Shown here: positions 15,092 through 24,925 of the stretch, piece by piece
Layout: each line of letters opens with the position of its first letter
Numbering within the stretch: the stretch's first letter is position 1
Source: a virus
Taxonomy: Duplodnaviria > Heunggongvirae > Uroviricota > Caudoviricetes
Length of the DNA stretch: 36,019 nucleotides
Strand: one strand, 5' to 3'
IMG/VR virus record: IMGVR_UViG_2537561980_000006
Notes under the pieces: model-generated
Databases searched by the model: none
The model's input: only the letters and a program-made list of their open reading frames with translations
What the model was told of the DNA's origin: nothing
Made by a program: the position numbers and the translations under genes

Positions 15092-15301
15092 TTATATCTT
15101 TGGGTTGAAATTACTATATAAGCTGGCCTCTTCATTAAGCCCGACGCCTTTTAGATCTGCAATGAATGAATCACGCTGTTCTGGAGGTAGTTTAGCCAAT
15201 AATATTCCAATCGTAACTTTTAAACGGGAAATTTCTAAAGCTACGTCAGAAATGGTTTCAACCTTTGTTGTTACATTTAAATTTATATTAAAGCTTGTCA
15301 T
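15092..15301 (-). CDS. Small ORF (69 aa from internal ATG; 79 aa from TTG) in AT-rich islet
   Basis: Minus-strand ORF MTSFNINLNVTTKVETISDVALEISRLK.. with AAGGA RBS before the second ATG; convergent with 14906-15040. Confidence 0.35.
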   Translation of the reverse strand: MTSFNINLNVTTKVETISDVALEISRLKVTIGILLAKLPPEQRDSFIADLKGVGLNEEASLYSNFNPKI

Positions 15302-15722
15302 TGTCATTCCTTTTGCGGAGCCGTCAGCCAAGGCTCTTATTCATTGTTCACACAGTGTCCGAACACTGGAGGGCTGAGGTTGTATTTTAACAATGGATAA
15401 AGCGCATAAAAACCAGGATATTCAACCAGTAAGCGACAAAAGGAGTATTGTCCACAGCATTACAGCAGCCCTTCCGTTGAACTGACCCCATAAAATCGGA
15501 AATTGTTTCTGCTGACTCTCCATTTTTATTGGATGGGCGGTTGTGTGGGGGTCATTCACTGGTGCTGAGCATCGAAACGAATGCAAATCGCTGTCGTGAA
15601 TTGCTTGATGAAACAATGCAGCTTGTCAATGAACATAATCAGCACGCTGTGGCGGCGGGACTGAATGCAATACATGTTATCCCCGAGAGAGAAACGTTTT
15701 AATCGCTGGAGAACGAAGTTCC

Positions 15723-16073
15723 ATGCCATCACGAATCCCCCGCGCATGTCGTAAGCGAGGCTGCGCAGGCACAACAACAGACAGTTCGGGCTACTGCGAT
15801 AAACATTGGGGTGAAGGCTGGGTGCAGCACCAGCGCGGACTGAGCCGCCACCAGCGTGGCTATGGCTCGAAATGGGATGCCATACGTGCGCGCATACTGA
15901 AGCGTGATAATCATCTGTGTCAGAACTGCCTGCGCAATGGGAGAGCTGTTGAAGCCAGAACTGTGGACCACATCATTCCGAAAGCTCATGGTGGCACGGA
16001 TGCAGACAGTAACCTGCAGAGTCTGTGCTGGCCCTGCCATAAAGCAAAAACAGCGCGCGAACGCATCAATTGA
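15723..16073 (+). CDS. HNH endonuclease (phage packaging-associated)
   Basis: Cys-rich N-terminus and HNH core (..RDNHLCQNC..VDHIIPKAHGGTD..NLQSLCWPCH), directly upstream of terminase genes. Confidence 0.8.
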   Translation: MPSRIPRACRKRGCAGTTTDSSGYCDKHWGEGWVQHQRGLSRHQRGYGSKWDAIRARILKRDNHLCQNCLRNGRAVEARTVDHIIPKAHGGTDADSNLQSLCWPCHKAKTARERIN

Positions 16074-16220
16074 TAACAGTTCTCATCTGTAGGGGAGGGG
16101 CGGGGCAAATCTCTGCCGCCCTGGCTGCTCAGTACCGCCGCCTGACCCTTCCTCACATCGCCGCAGGTTCGAAAACTTTTTTTGGAAATGTGAACAAACG
16201 ATTGATAGGTAAGACCGATT

Positions 16221-16703
16221 ATGTCAGGACCTCCGAAAACCCCGCCACGCCTGCATTTGATTCGAGGCAACCCCTCAAAGCGCCCCGTTAAAGACCACAA
16301 AAAAACCGCTAAAAAGGATGAAAAAGGTCTTCCTAAAATTCCGCAGCATTTAGGGGCTCAGGGGAAGTACTGGTTCAGGCGAATGGCGGAAGAGCTGAAT
16401 GCGGAAGGGATCATTTCTCAGCTTGATGCGCGTGCGCTCGAGTTGCTGGTGGAAGCCTACACCGAATATCGGCATCACTGCGAAACACTCGATGTTGAGG
16501 GGTATACCTACCGCACGGAAACGCAGAGCGGTGATGTACTGATTAAGGCGCACCCCGCGGCGGCAATGAAAGCGGATGCCTGGAAGCGGATCCGGGCAAT
16601 GCTTGCAGAGTTTGGTATGTCACCGGCAAGCCGGGCTAAAGTAAATATCGCCGGACCGGATGATGTTGATCCGCTGGCGGAGCTTTTAAAAGCGAGAGAC
16701 TGA
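16221..16703 (+). CDS. Terminase small subunit
   Basis: 160-aa ORF immediately upstream of, and overlapping by 1 nt with, the large terminase gene; RBS AGGTAAG. Confidence 0.7.
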   Translation: MSGPPKTPPRLHLIRGNPSKRPVKDHKKTAKKDEKGLPKIPQHLGAQGKYWFRRMAEELNAEGIISQLDARALELLVEAYTEYRHHCETLDVEGYTYRTETQSGDVLIKAHPAAAMKADAWKRIRAMLAEFGMSPASRAKVNIAGPDDVDPLAELLKARD

Positions 16704-18460
16704 TGGCAAAAGTGGCTGACGGGATCCGCTACGCCGAACGTGTTGTTGCAGGAGAAATTGTTGCTGGCGAATTTGTCCGCTTGGCCTGCCAGCGTTTTCT
16801 TGATGATCTGAAGTACGGCGAAGAGCGGGGGATTTATTTCAGTGAACCCCGTGCGCAGCACATCCTGAATTTCTACAAATTTGTGCCTCATGTAAAAGGG
16901 GCGCTGGCAGGCCAGCCCATTGAACTGATGGACTGGCATGTATTTATCCTCATTAATATTTTTGGTTTTGTCATTCCGCTGGTGAATGAAGAGACCGGGG
17001 AAGTTGTCATGCGCAGCGATGGCAGCGGACGTCCGGTGATGGTGCGCCGGTTCCGGACGGCGTACAACGAAGTCGCCCGTAAAAACGCAAAATCAACTCT
17101 GTCATCGGGTATCGGCCTGTATATGACGGGGGCAGATGGTGAAGGCGGTGCTGAGGTGTATTCAGCCGCCACCACGCGTGACCAGGCCAGAATTGTGTTT
17201 GAAGACGCCAAAAATATGGTCAGAAAAGCCCGGTCGACACTCGGGCGGTTGTTTGATTTCAACAAGCTGGCGATTTACCAGGAGCAGAGCGCATCAAAAT
17301 TTGAACCGCTTTCCTCGGATGCAAACAACCTGGATGGTCTGAACATCCACTGCGCCATTATTGATGAGCTGCATGCACATAAAACCCGCGACGTGTGGGA
17401 CGTTCTGGAAACGGCAACCGGTGCCCGCCTGCAGTCCCTGTTATTTGGTATCACCACGGCAGGGTTTAACAAGGAAGGGATTTGTTACGAGCAGCGTGAT
17501 TACGCCATCAAGGTATTGCGTGGCTATAACAGCGATGTGGAGGGCGCTGTAAAAGACGACTCCTACTTTGCGATTATTTACACCCTCGATGAGGGAGATG
17601 ATCCGTTTGATGAAACGGTCTGGCAGAAAGCGAATCCCGGCCTGGGCATCTGTAAACGCTGGGATGATCTGCGTCGCCTGGCGAAAAAAGCGAAAGAACA
17701 GGTCTCTGCGCGGGTGAATTTTTTTACCAAACACATGAATGTGTGGGTAACAGCAGAGTCTGCCTGGATGGACATGATTAAGTGGGAGAAGTGCGAATAC
17801 ATTGCCCCACGACATGAGCTGAAAACGTATCCCATGTGGGTCGGCGTTGACCTTGCTCATAAGATTGATATCTGTGCGGCGGCAAAACTCTGGCGAACGG
17901 ATAACGGGCATGTTCATGCCGATTTTAAATTCTGGCTTCCGGAAGGACGGCTGGAACGATGCTCGCGGCAGCAGGCAGAACTTTACCGGAAGTGGGCGGA
18001 GATGGATAAGCTGATTCTGACGGATGGTGATGTTATCGATCATGCTCAGATAAAAAGTGACTTACTGGAATGGATTGGTGGTGAAAACCTCAGGGAACTG
18101 GGATTTGACCCGTGGAGCGCGATGCAGTTCAGCCTGGCACTGGCTGAAGAAGGGATACCGCTGGTGGAGGTTCCGCAGACGGTTCGCAATCTGTCAGAGG
18201 CCATGAAGGAAACGGAATCACTGGTCTATGCCGGGCGTTTCCATCACAGCAATCATCCGGTCATGAACTGGATGATGTCTAACGTTACGGTAAAACCGGA
18301 CAAAAACGACAATATCTTCCCGAATAAATCCACGCTGGAAGCCAAAATCGACGGCCCTGTTGCGATGTTTACAGCAATGAGCCGGATGCTGGTCAATGGT
18401 GGTGAACCGGAGCTGGATCTGTCTGAACATCTGGTCAGCGTGGGCATCCGTTCGCTTTAA
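16703..18460 (+). CDS. Terminase large subunit (HK97-like)
   Basis: 585-aa ORF with ATPase and nuclease regions typical of large terminases; followed by portal gene. Confidence 0.85.
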   Translation: MAKVADGIRYAERVVAGEIVAGEFVRLACQRFLDDLKYGEERGIYFSEPRAQHILNFYKFVPHVKGALAGQPIELMDWHVFILINIFGFVIPLVNEETGEVVMRSDGSGRPVMVRRFRTAYNEVARKNAKSTLSSGIGLYMTGADGEGGAEVYSAATTRDQARIVFEDAKNMVRKARSTLGRLFDFNKLAIYQEQSASKFEPLSSDANNLDGLNIHCAIIDELHAHKTRDVWDVLETATGARLQSLLFGITTAGFNKEGICYEQRDYAIKVLRGYNSDVEGAVKDDSYFAIIYTLDEGDDPFDETVWQKANPGLGICKRWDDLRRLAKKAKEQVSARVNFFTKHMNVWVTAESAWMDMIKWEKCEYIAPRHELKTYPMWVGVDLAHKIDICAAAKLWRTDNGHVHADFKFWLPEGRLERCSRQQAELYRKWAEMDKLILTDGDVIDHAQIKSDLLEWIGGENLRELGFDPWSAMQFSLALAEEGIPLVEVPQTVRNLSEAMKETESLVYAGRFHHSNHPVMNWMMSNVTVKPDKNDNIFPNKSTLEAKIDGPVAMFTAMSRMLVNGGEPELDLSEHLVSVGIRSL

Positions 18461-18471
18461 CCGAGGTCATT

Positions 18472-18654
18472 ATGTTTCTGATAATTCTCGCGCCACTGGT
18501 GGGCGTGCTGGGTGCGCTTTTGCTGGCGTATGGTGCCTGGCTGATTTATCCCCCGGCGGGTTTTGTTGTTGCCGGGGTGCTGTGCCTGTTCTGGTCGTGG
18601 CTGGTGGCGCGATATCTCGACCGTACACAGCCGTCTGTCGGCGGAGGTAAATAG
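18472..18654 (+). CDS. Small membrane protein (60 aa)
   Basis: ATG after GAGG RBS; two hydrophobic segments ([38 protein letters not shown]). Confidence 0.4.
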   Translation: MFLIILAPLVGVLGALLLAYGAWLIYPPAGFVVAGVLCLFWSWLVARYLDRTQPSVGGGK

Positions 18655-19895
18655 TGTTCTTTTCGGGATTATTTCAACGAAAAAGTGACGCGCCGGTGAC
18701 CACGCCAGCAGAGCTGGCGGATGCCATCGGGTTGTCTTACGACACCTATACCGGAAAGCAGATCAGCAGTCAGCGGGCCATGCGACTGACGGCGGTTTTT
18801 TCCTGCGTCAGAGTGCTAGCAGAGTCGGTCGGGATGTTGCCCTGCAATCTGTATCACCTGAACGGCAGCCTGAAACAGAGAGCCACCGGCGAACGTCTGC
18901 ATAAGCTGATCTCCACGCATCCCAATGGCTATATGACGCCGCAGGAGTTCTGGGAGCTGGTGGTCACCTGTCTGTGCCTGAGGGGAAACTTTTACGCCTA
19001 CAAAGTGAAAGCATTTGGCGAAGTGGCTGAACTGCTGCCCGTCGATCCCGGTTGTGTGGTACCGAAGCTTAACAGTCGCTGGGAGCCGGTCTATCAGGTC
19101 ACATTCCCGGACGGTTCCACGGATGTACTGAGCCAGGAAGATATCTGGCATGTGCGCACGCTGACGCTGGACGGTCTGGTGGGACTGAATCCCATCGCCT
19201 ATGCCCGCGAGGCAATATCGCTGGCAGCAGCGACCGAAGAGCACGGGGCCAGACTGTTCAGCAATGGTGCGGTGACGTCCGGTGTGTTGCGTACAGAACA
19301 GACGCTGTCGGATCAGGCTTATGAGCGCCTGAAGAAAGATTTTGAGGAGCGTCACACCGGGCTTGGCAATGCTCACCGCCCGATGATCCTTGAGATGGGG
19401 CTGGACTGGAAGTCGATGGCGCTGAACGCCGAGGACAGCCAGTTCCTGGAAACCCGCAAGTTTCAGCTTGAAGAAATCTGTCGTCTGTTCCGGGTGCCGT
19501 TGCACATGGTGCAGAACACCGATCGCGCCACCTTCAACAATATCGAAGAGCTGGGGCTGGGATTTATCAACTATTCACTGGTGCCGTATCTGACCCGCAT
19601 CGAACAGCGGATCAACACCGGACTGGTACGAAAAAGTAAGCAGGGCGTTTATTACGCCAAATTTAACGCCGGGGCGTTACTGCGCGGGGATATGAAGTCC
19701 CGTTTTGAAGCCTACGCCACCGGGATCAACTGGGGAATTTACTCTCCCAATGACTGCCGCGACCTGGAAGATATGAATCCGCGTCCCGGTGGGGATGTCT
19801 ATCTCACACCGATGAACATGACCACGAAACCATCCGATGGCAGTAAAGCCGGTAAGCAGAAGGATAACGCCAATGCAGACGAAACAACGTCTTGA
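18654..19895 (+). CDS. Portal protein (HK97 family)
   Basis: 413-aa ORF, GTG start after GGAGG, between terminase and prohead protease. Confidence 0.8.
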   Translation: MFFSGLFQRKSDAPVTTPAELADAIGLSYDTYTGKQISSQRAMRLTAVFSCVRVLAESVGMLPCNLYHLNGSLKQRATGERLHKLISTHPNGYMTPQEFWELVVTCLCLRGNFYAYKVKAFGEVAELLPVDPGCVVPKLNSRWEPVYQVTFPDGSTDVLSQEDIWHVRTLTLDGLVGLNPIAYAREAISLAAATEEHGARLFSNGAVTSGVLRTEQTLSDQAYERLKKDFEERHTGLGNAHRPMILEMGLDWKSMALNAEDSQFLETRKFQLEEICRLFRVPLHMVQNTDRATFNNIEELGLGFINYSLVPYLTRIEQRINTGLVRKSKQGVYYAKFNAGALLRGDMKSRFEAYATGINWGIYSPNDCRDLEDMNPRPGGDVYLTPMNMTTKPSDGSKAGKQKDNANADETTS

Positions 19896-20523
19896 TGTAC
19901 CGCTGAGTCTGAAATCTGTCAGTGACTCCGGTGAGTTTGAAGGGTATGGCTCCGTCTTTGGTGTAAAGGACAGCCACGATGATGTGGTGATGTCCGGGGC
20001 ATTTGCTGCTTCACTGCGGGCGTGGAGTGACAGAAAAGCGTTACCTGCGCTGCTCTGGCAGCACCGCATGGATGAACCCATCGGTGTTTACACCGAAATG
20101 AAGGAAGACGATGTCGGGCTTTACGTCAGGGGACGGTTGCTTATTGATGATGATCCCCTCGCAAAACGCGCACATGCACACATGAAGGCCGGTTCGTTAA
20201 CCGGCCTTTCTATTGGGTACGTCCTGAAAGACTGGGAATACGACCGGAGCAAAGAAGCCTTTCTGCTGAAAGAAATCGACCTCTGGGAAGTCAGCCTGGT
20301 GACGTTCCCGTCTAACGACGAGGCGCGGATCAGCGACGTCAAGAACGCACTGGCCCGCGGGGAAATCCCCGAACAGAAAAAAATCGAAAGAGTCCTGCGT
20401 GATGTCGGACTCTCCCGTACCCAGGCCAAAGCATTCATGGCCGGGGGCTATGGCGCACTGTCCCTGCGCGACGCTGAGGATGTGGGCTCTGCACTGAATG
20501 CACTGAAAAATCTAAACTTCTAA
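19873..20523 (+). CDS. Prohead protease (HK97 family); alternative start at 19837
   Basis: Protease-family region ..FEGYGSVFGVKDSHDDVV..; gene order portal-protease-capsid. Confidence 0.75.
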   Translation: MQTKQRLDVPLSLKSVSDSGEFEGYGSVFGVKDSHDDVVMSGAFAASLRAWSDRKALPALLWQHRMDEPIGVYTEMKEDDVGLYVRGRLLIDDDPLAKRAHAHMKAGSLTGLSIGYVLKDWEYDRSKEAFLLKEIDLWEVSLVTFPSNDEARISDVKNALARGEIPEQKKIERVLRDVGLSRTQAKAFMAGGYGALSLRDAEDVGSALNALKNLNF

Positions 20524-20537
20524 TCAGGAGAAATACG

Positions 20538-21743
20538 ATGGCGGTTGATATTAAAGATGTCGAACAGGTCGCGCAGGAGCTGCAGCAGAAGTTTGACGAC
20601 TTCAAAGCAAAGAACGACAAGCGCGTGGATGCGATTGAGCAGGAAAAAGGCAAACTTGCCGGGCAGGTGGAAACCCTGAACGGGAAACTCAGCGAGCTGG
20701 AAAACCTCAAAAGCGATCTTGAAAAAGAGCTGCTTGAGCTGAAACGTCCGGCAGGTGGTGCGCAAAATAAACTGGCCACCGAGCATAAAGAAGCGTTTGT
20801 GGGCTTCCTGCGTAAAGGCCGTGAAGATGGTCTGCGCGATCTGGAGCGCAAGGCATTACAGGTGGGCACCGATGAAGACGGCGGCTATGCCGTGCCGGAA
20901 GCACTGGATCGCAACATTCTCACCCTGCTGAAAGATGAAGTGGTGATGCGCCAGGAAGCCACGGTGATCAGCGTTGGTGGTTCCGACTACAAAAAACTGG
21001 TGAATCTGGGCGGCACGGCTTCCGGATGGGTTGGCGAGACTGACGCGCGCTCCCAGACTGCCACCTCAAAACTGGGCCTGATTGAACCTTTCATGGGGGA
21101 AATCTACGGTAACCCGCAGGCCACCCAGAAAATGCTGGATGATGCCTTTTTCAACGTGGAAGCATGGATCAACAGCGAGCTGGCAACCGAATTTGCCGAA
21201 CAGGAAGAAATTGCCTTTACCACCGGCGATGGTACCAAGAAGCCGAAAGGGTTCCTGGCGTATGAGTCCACGGATGAAACAGACAAGGTCCGGGCGTTCG
21301 GCAAACTTCAGCATATTGTATCCGGCGAAGCGACGGCGGTGACCGCAGATGCCATTATCAAACTGATTTACACGCTGCGTAAGGCACACCGCACTGGCGC
21401 GAAGTTCATGATGAACAACAACAGTCTGTTTGCCATCCGTCTGCTGAAAGACAGTGAGGGTAACTATCTGTGGCGTCCGGGGCTGGAGCTGGGGCAGCCG
21501 TCCTCTCTGGCGGGTTACGCTATCGCTGAAAACGAACAGATGCCGGATATTGCCGCTGATGCGAAAGCCATTGCATTTGGTAACTTCAAACGGGGTTACA
21601 CCATCGTTGACCGTATCGGTACCCGCATTCTGCGTGACCCGTACACCAATAAACCGTTTGTCGGTTTTTATACCACCAAGCGCACCGGCGGCATGCTGGT
21701 CGATTCGCAGGCCATCAAACTGCTGAAGATTGCAGCGGCGTAA
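20538..21743 (+). CDS. Major capsid protein (HK97 fold) with N-terminal scaffolding-like coiled coil
   Basis: 401 aa; N-terminal ~100 aa coiled-coil-rich (delta-domain-like), remainder capsid-like; strong terminator follows. Confidence 0.85.
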   Translation: MAVDIKDVEQVAQELQQKFDDFKAKNDKRVDAIEQEKGKLAGQVETLNGKLSELENLKSDLEKELLELKRPAGGAQNKLATEHKEAFVGFLRKGREDGLRDLERKALQVGTDEDGGYAVPEALDRNILTLLKDEVVMRQEATVISVGGSDYKKLVNLGGTASGWVGETDARSQTATSKLGLIEPFMGEIYGNPQATQKMLDDAFFNVEAWINSELATEFAEQEEIAFTTGDGTKKPKGFLAYESTDETDKVRAFGKLQHIVSGEATAVTADAIIKLIYTLRKAHRTGAKFMMNNNSLFAIRLLKDSEGNYLWRPGLELGQPSSLAGYAIAENEQMPDIAADAKAIAFGNFKRGYTIVDRIGTRILRDPYTNKPFVGFYTTKRTGGMLVDSQAIKLLKIAAA

Positions 21744-21751
21744 TCATTCAG

Positions 21752-21780
21752 GGGGCGCAGAAGTGCGCCCCCTGTTCTGA
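21752..21780 (+). terminator. Intrinsic terminator after the capsid gene
   Basis: GGGGGCGCA-GAAG-TGCGCCCCC (9-bp stem) followed by TGTTCTG. Confidence 0.6.
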
Positions 21781-21794
21781 CAGGTGAAAGAATC

Positions 21795-21983
21795 ATGATC
21801 CTGAAACAAGATCTGAAATGGTCACCGGACGGTATGCGTGTTGAGATTATTCGGGCCGGTGAGTATGAAGATAAAGAATTACCCGAACGGGTACGCGAAA
21901 TTGCCACTGCAGCTGGGATTGTCTCTGATAAGAGAACACCTGTTGCGCGGGGGGCTGATAAGTCTAAAAAACAGCATTCATAG
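21795..21983 (+). CDS. Hypothetical small protein (62 aa)
   Basis: ORF with AGGTGA RBS between the capsid and connector genes. Confidence 0.4.
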   Translation: MILKQDLKWSPDGMRVEIIRAGEYEDKELPERVREIATAAGIVSDKRTPVARGADKSKKQHS

Positions 21984-21994
21984 AGGTTGCCCAA

Positions 21995-22300
21995 ATGATG
22001 CCCACTCTGGAAGAGCTTCGTGTTCAGTGCCGGATTGATGATGACAATGAACAGGAGAATTCTCTTCTTATGATGTATCTGGCTGCTGCCAGGGAAGAGG
22101 CTGAAAAGTTTTTAAACCGGACGCTTTACGATGAAACTGTTTCTGAGCAGGATACGACCGGGCTTGTAATAACACCTCTGATAAAACTGCGTCTTATGCA
22201 ACTGGTTGGCTACTGGTACGAGAACAGGGAAATGCAGGATGCAGTGCCTGATTTTTTCTATACCGGACTGCGGATGTATCGATTTCATCCCGGAACATAG
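21995..22300 (+). CDS. Head-tail connector (gp6-like DNA packaging protein)
   Basis: 101 aa, position and size typical of HK97-like head completion genes. Confidence 0.55.
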   Translation: MMPTLEELRVQCRIDDDNEQENSLLMMYLAAAREEAEKFLNRTLYDETVSEQDTTGLVITPLIKLRLMQLVGYWYENREMQDAVPDFFYTGLRMYRFHPGT

Positions 22301-22308
22301 GAGGATTC

Positions 22309-22647
22309 ATGCAGGCAGGAAGATTACGTGATCGTGTGGTTATTCTGAATGCCACCACCGTTCGGTCTCCGTCAGGGCACCCTGTGGAAACAATGACGGA
22401 GGGGGCAACCATATGGGCAGAAGTTAAGGGGATCAGTGGCAGGGAGAGAATATCCGGAGGCGCAGAAACTGCTCAGGCTACAGTGAGGGTCTGGATGAGA
22501 TTCCGGCGAGATGTAACAGCAACTTCATGTCTGAAAGTGCTGACTGGTGCATTCAAAGGCGCGATTCTGAGTATAGACGGTCCGCCGATACCGGATGCTC
22601 GTGCCACACGGCTTGAGATACTCTGTTCTCAGAAGGGGAATGTGTGA
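22309..22647 (+). CDS. Head closure / head-tail adaptor protein
   Basis: 112 aa, RBS GGAGGA; gene order. Confidence 0.55.
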   Translation: MQAGRLRDRVVILNATTVRSPSGHPVETMTEGATIWAEVKGISGRERISGGAETAQATVRVWMRFRRDVTATSCLKVLTGAFKGAILSIDGPPIPDARATRLEILCSQKGNV

Positions 22648-23093
22648 TGGATTTCAGTCTTGATTTTTCAGGTCTGGCGGATATTGCACGGGATCTGGAG
22701 ACGCTCAGCAGGGCAGAAAACAATAAGGTACTGCGCGATGCCACCCGTGCCGGTGCTGAAGTTATGCGGGATGCAGTTGTTGAACGTGCGCCGGAGCGAA
22801 CCGGGAAACTGAAGAAAAATGTGGTTGTTCTCACTCAGCGTTCAAAGCGTCGGGGGGAAATTATCTCGGGTGTCCACATTCGTGGACGGAACCTGCGAAC
22901 CGGAAACAGTGATAACAGCATGAAAGCCAGTGATCCCCGAAATGCGTTTTACTGGCGCTTTGTGGAGCTGGGAACGATAAACATGCCCGCGCATCCGTTC
23001 ATTCGCCCGGCTTTCGATACGACAGAGGAACTGGCAGCACAGATTGCCATACAGCGAATGAATCAGGCTATTGATGAGGTCTTAAGTAAATGA
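22644..23093 (+). CDS. Tail component (HK97 gp10-like)
   Basis: 149 aa, overlapping starts and stops with neighbours. Confidence 0.55.
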   Translation: MMDFSLDFSGLADIARDLETLSRAENNKVLRDATRAGAEVMRDAVVERAPERTGKLKKNVVVLTQRSKRRGEIISGVHIRGRNLRTGNSDNSMKASDPRNAFYWRFVELGTINMPAHPFIRPAFDTTEELAAQIAIQRMNQAIDEVLSK

Positions 23094-23434
23094 GAGAGAC
23101 CACACTGTATTCCCTGCTGTCTCAACTGGCCGGAGGACAGGTTTATCCTTATGTGGTCCCGCTGACGGAGGGAAAGCCTGCGGTATCTCCGCCATGGCTG
23201 GTATTTTCTGTGGTGTCTGACACTGCGTCTGATGTGCTTGATGGTCAGGCTGAATCCAGAATTACCGTGCAGATCGATGTCTGGGCAACAGTACCTGATG
23301 ACGCAGATGATATCCGTGAGCAGGCGCTTGATGCGGTAAGGCAACTTGCACCCTCCGTTATTTCTAAAACTCAGGGTTATGATCCTGATTCCCGTCTGAG
23401 CAGAGCCACGCTTGAATTTCAGGTAATAGCCTGA
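23090..23434 (+). CDS. Tail completion / terminator protein
   Basis: 114 aa directly upstream of the major tail gene. Confidence 0.5.
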   Translation: MRETTLYSLLSQLAGGQVYPYVVPLTEGKPAVSPPWLVFSVVSDTASDVLDGQAESRITVQIDVWATVPDDADDIREQALDAVRQLAPSVISKTQGYDPDSRLSRATLEFQVIA

Positions 23435-23454
23435 GGTCGTTAATGATTTTACCC

Positions 23455-23477
23455 ACCCGCCGCTGGCGGGTTTTTTA
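23455..23477 (+). terminator. Intrinsic terminator upstream of the major tail gene
   Basis: CCCGC-CGCTG-GCGGG then T6. Confidence 0.55.
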
Positions 23478-23493
23478 TTTTCAGGAGACGAGT

Positions 23494-24198
23494 ATGTCCT
23501 CTAATTTTGAGCGTTCGCAACTGACGAAAATTATGATTTCGTCTGCACCGGTAACAGCAGAAACCCTGGATTCTGCCAGCTATCTTGGCCTGAGCTGTAC
23601 AATCAAAGAGGTGCAGTTTACCGCAGGACAAAAGCAGGATATTGATGTCACCACGCTGTGTTCTGTTGAGCAGGAAAATATTAACGGCCTTGGTGCCGCG
23701 TCAGAGATTTCCATGTCAGGCAACTTTTACCTCAATGCTGCCCAGAACGCGTTGCGCAGTGCCTATGACAATGACACCACGTATGGCTTTAAAGTTATTT
23801 TTCCGTCAGGCAACGGATTTACCTTTATGGCAGAGGTGCGTCAGCATACCTGGTCTGCAGGAACTAATGGTGTTGTGGCTGCAACGTTTTCCCTGCGCCT
23901 GAAAGGTAAACCTGTGCTGACGACAGAGCCGCTGAAAGTGAAGGTCGATTTAAACAGCACGCTGCAGGTTTCTGCCGGAGCGAAACTCGAAATGGTGGTT
24001 GAGGCTGCCGGTGGTGTGCCGCCTTATTCTTATGTCTGGAAGAAAGGTAGTTCTCCTGTTTCCGGACAGACGGCGGCAACATTCAGTAAGGCATCAGCAG
24101 CATCAGGTGATGCCGGTGCGTATACCTGCGAGATTTCTGATTCAGCAAGCCCTGTTAACAAGGTGACCTCCACTTCCTGCACTGTTACCGTCAGTTAA
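23494..24198 (+). CDS. Major tail protein with C-terminal Ig-like domain
   Basis: ATG after CAGGAGACG; C-terminal ~80 aa has Ig-like signature (..GGVPPYSYVWKKGSSPVSG..AGAYTCEISDSASP..). Confidence 0.75.
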   Translation: MSSNFERSQLTKIMISSAPVTAETLDSASYLGLSCTIKEVQFTAGQKQDIDVTTLCSVEQENINGLGAASEISMSGNFYLNAAQNALRSAYDNDTTYGFKVIFPSGNGFTFMAEVRQHTWSAGTNGVVAATFSLRLKGKPVLTTEPLKVKVDLNSTLQVSAGAKLEMVVEAAGGVPPYSYVWKKGSSPVSGQTAATFSKASAASGDAGAYTCEISDSASPVNKVTSTSCTVTVS

Positions 24199-24212
24199 TG
24201 AGGATAGATGTG

Positions 24213-24584
24213 ATGACTAAAAATATCCGCAATCTGGCACTGGCAACGATGTCGGGGTTTCGCCATAAAACTGTTGATGTGCCTGAATGGGAAGGGGCAA
24301 CGGTTGTATTACGGGAACCTTCTGCAGAAGCCTGGTTGCGCTGGCAGGAGATCGTTAAAGCAAAAGATGATGAGACACCGTTATCCGTTGCGGAGCGCGC
24401 CCGCCGAAATCTGGAGGCAGATGTTGAACTATTCATTGATGTTCTGTGTGATACCGGACTGCAACCTGTATTTTCAGAGGATGATCGTGAACAGGTGATT
24501 GCCGTGTATGGCCCGGTGCATGCGCGGCTTCTTCGGCAGTCTCTGGAACTGATCAGTGATGCCGGCGAGGTTAAAAAAAAGTAG
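24213..24584 (+). CDS. Tail assembly chaperone G
   Basis: ORF ending ..GEVKKK at the slippery site; RBS GAGGA; ORF is open from 24198. Confidence 0.7.
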   Translation: MTKNIRNLALATMSGFRHKTVDVPEWEGATVVLREPSAEAWLRWQEIVKAKDDETPLSVAERARRNLEADVELFIDVLCDTGLQPVFSEDDREQVIAVYGPVHARLLRQSLELISDAGEVKKK

Positions 24585-24886
24585 CGCTTCCGGGGATGCG
24601 TTTTCTGATGATGCTGGCGCTCAGGATGGGGCGCACATTGTCAGAGTTACGCCGGGAAATGTCCGCATCAGAAATCATGATGTGGGCAGAATTTGACAGG
24701 TTCAGCCCGCTGGGTGACGAGCGGGCTGATATCCGGGCTGCCCAGATAGTTTCTGCGGTTTACGGTGCGCAGGGTGTCAAAGTCCCACTGAATGATGCGC
24801 TTCTTCAGTGGGAACAAGAGCAGACAGAAGGCGTCTCAGATCCATTTGCCGGACTGGAAAACGCGCTTTTAATAGTGTCTCAGTGA
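24213..24886 (+). CDS. Tail assembly chaperone GT (product of -1 programmed frameshift)
   Basis: Downstream ORF (to 24886) lies in the -1 frame relative to G and resembles lambda T; slippery A_AAA_AAG at the G terminus. Confidence 0.6.
24575..24581 (+). promoter_or_regulatory. Slippery heptamer A_AAA_AAG for -1 ribosomal frameshift
   Basis: In the G frame, codons AAA AAG precede TAG; a -1 shift enters the T frame. Confidence 0.6.
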
Positions 24887-24894
24887 GTCAACAT

Positions 24895-24916
24895 AACCGC
24901 TTCGGCGGTTTTTTTC
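24895..24916 (+). terminator. Intrinsic terminator-like hairpin between GT and tape measure genes
   Basis: AACCGC-TTCG-GCGGTT then T7. Confidence 0.5.
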
Positions 24917-24925
24917 GTCCGGAGA

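Noticed and set aside
17441-18043. 200-aa minus-strand ORF
   Set aside because: Antisense to the large terminase gene; no RBS and no coherent protein features.
18816-19505. 229-aa minus-strand ORF
   Set aside because: Antisense to the portal gene; the sense-strand product has clear structural-protein character.
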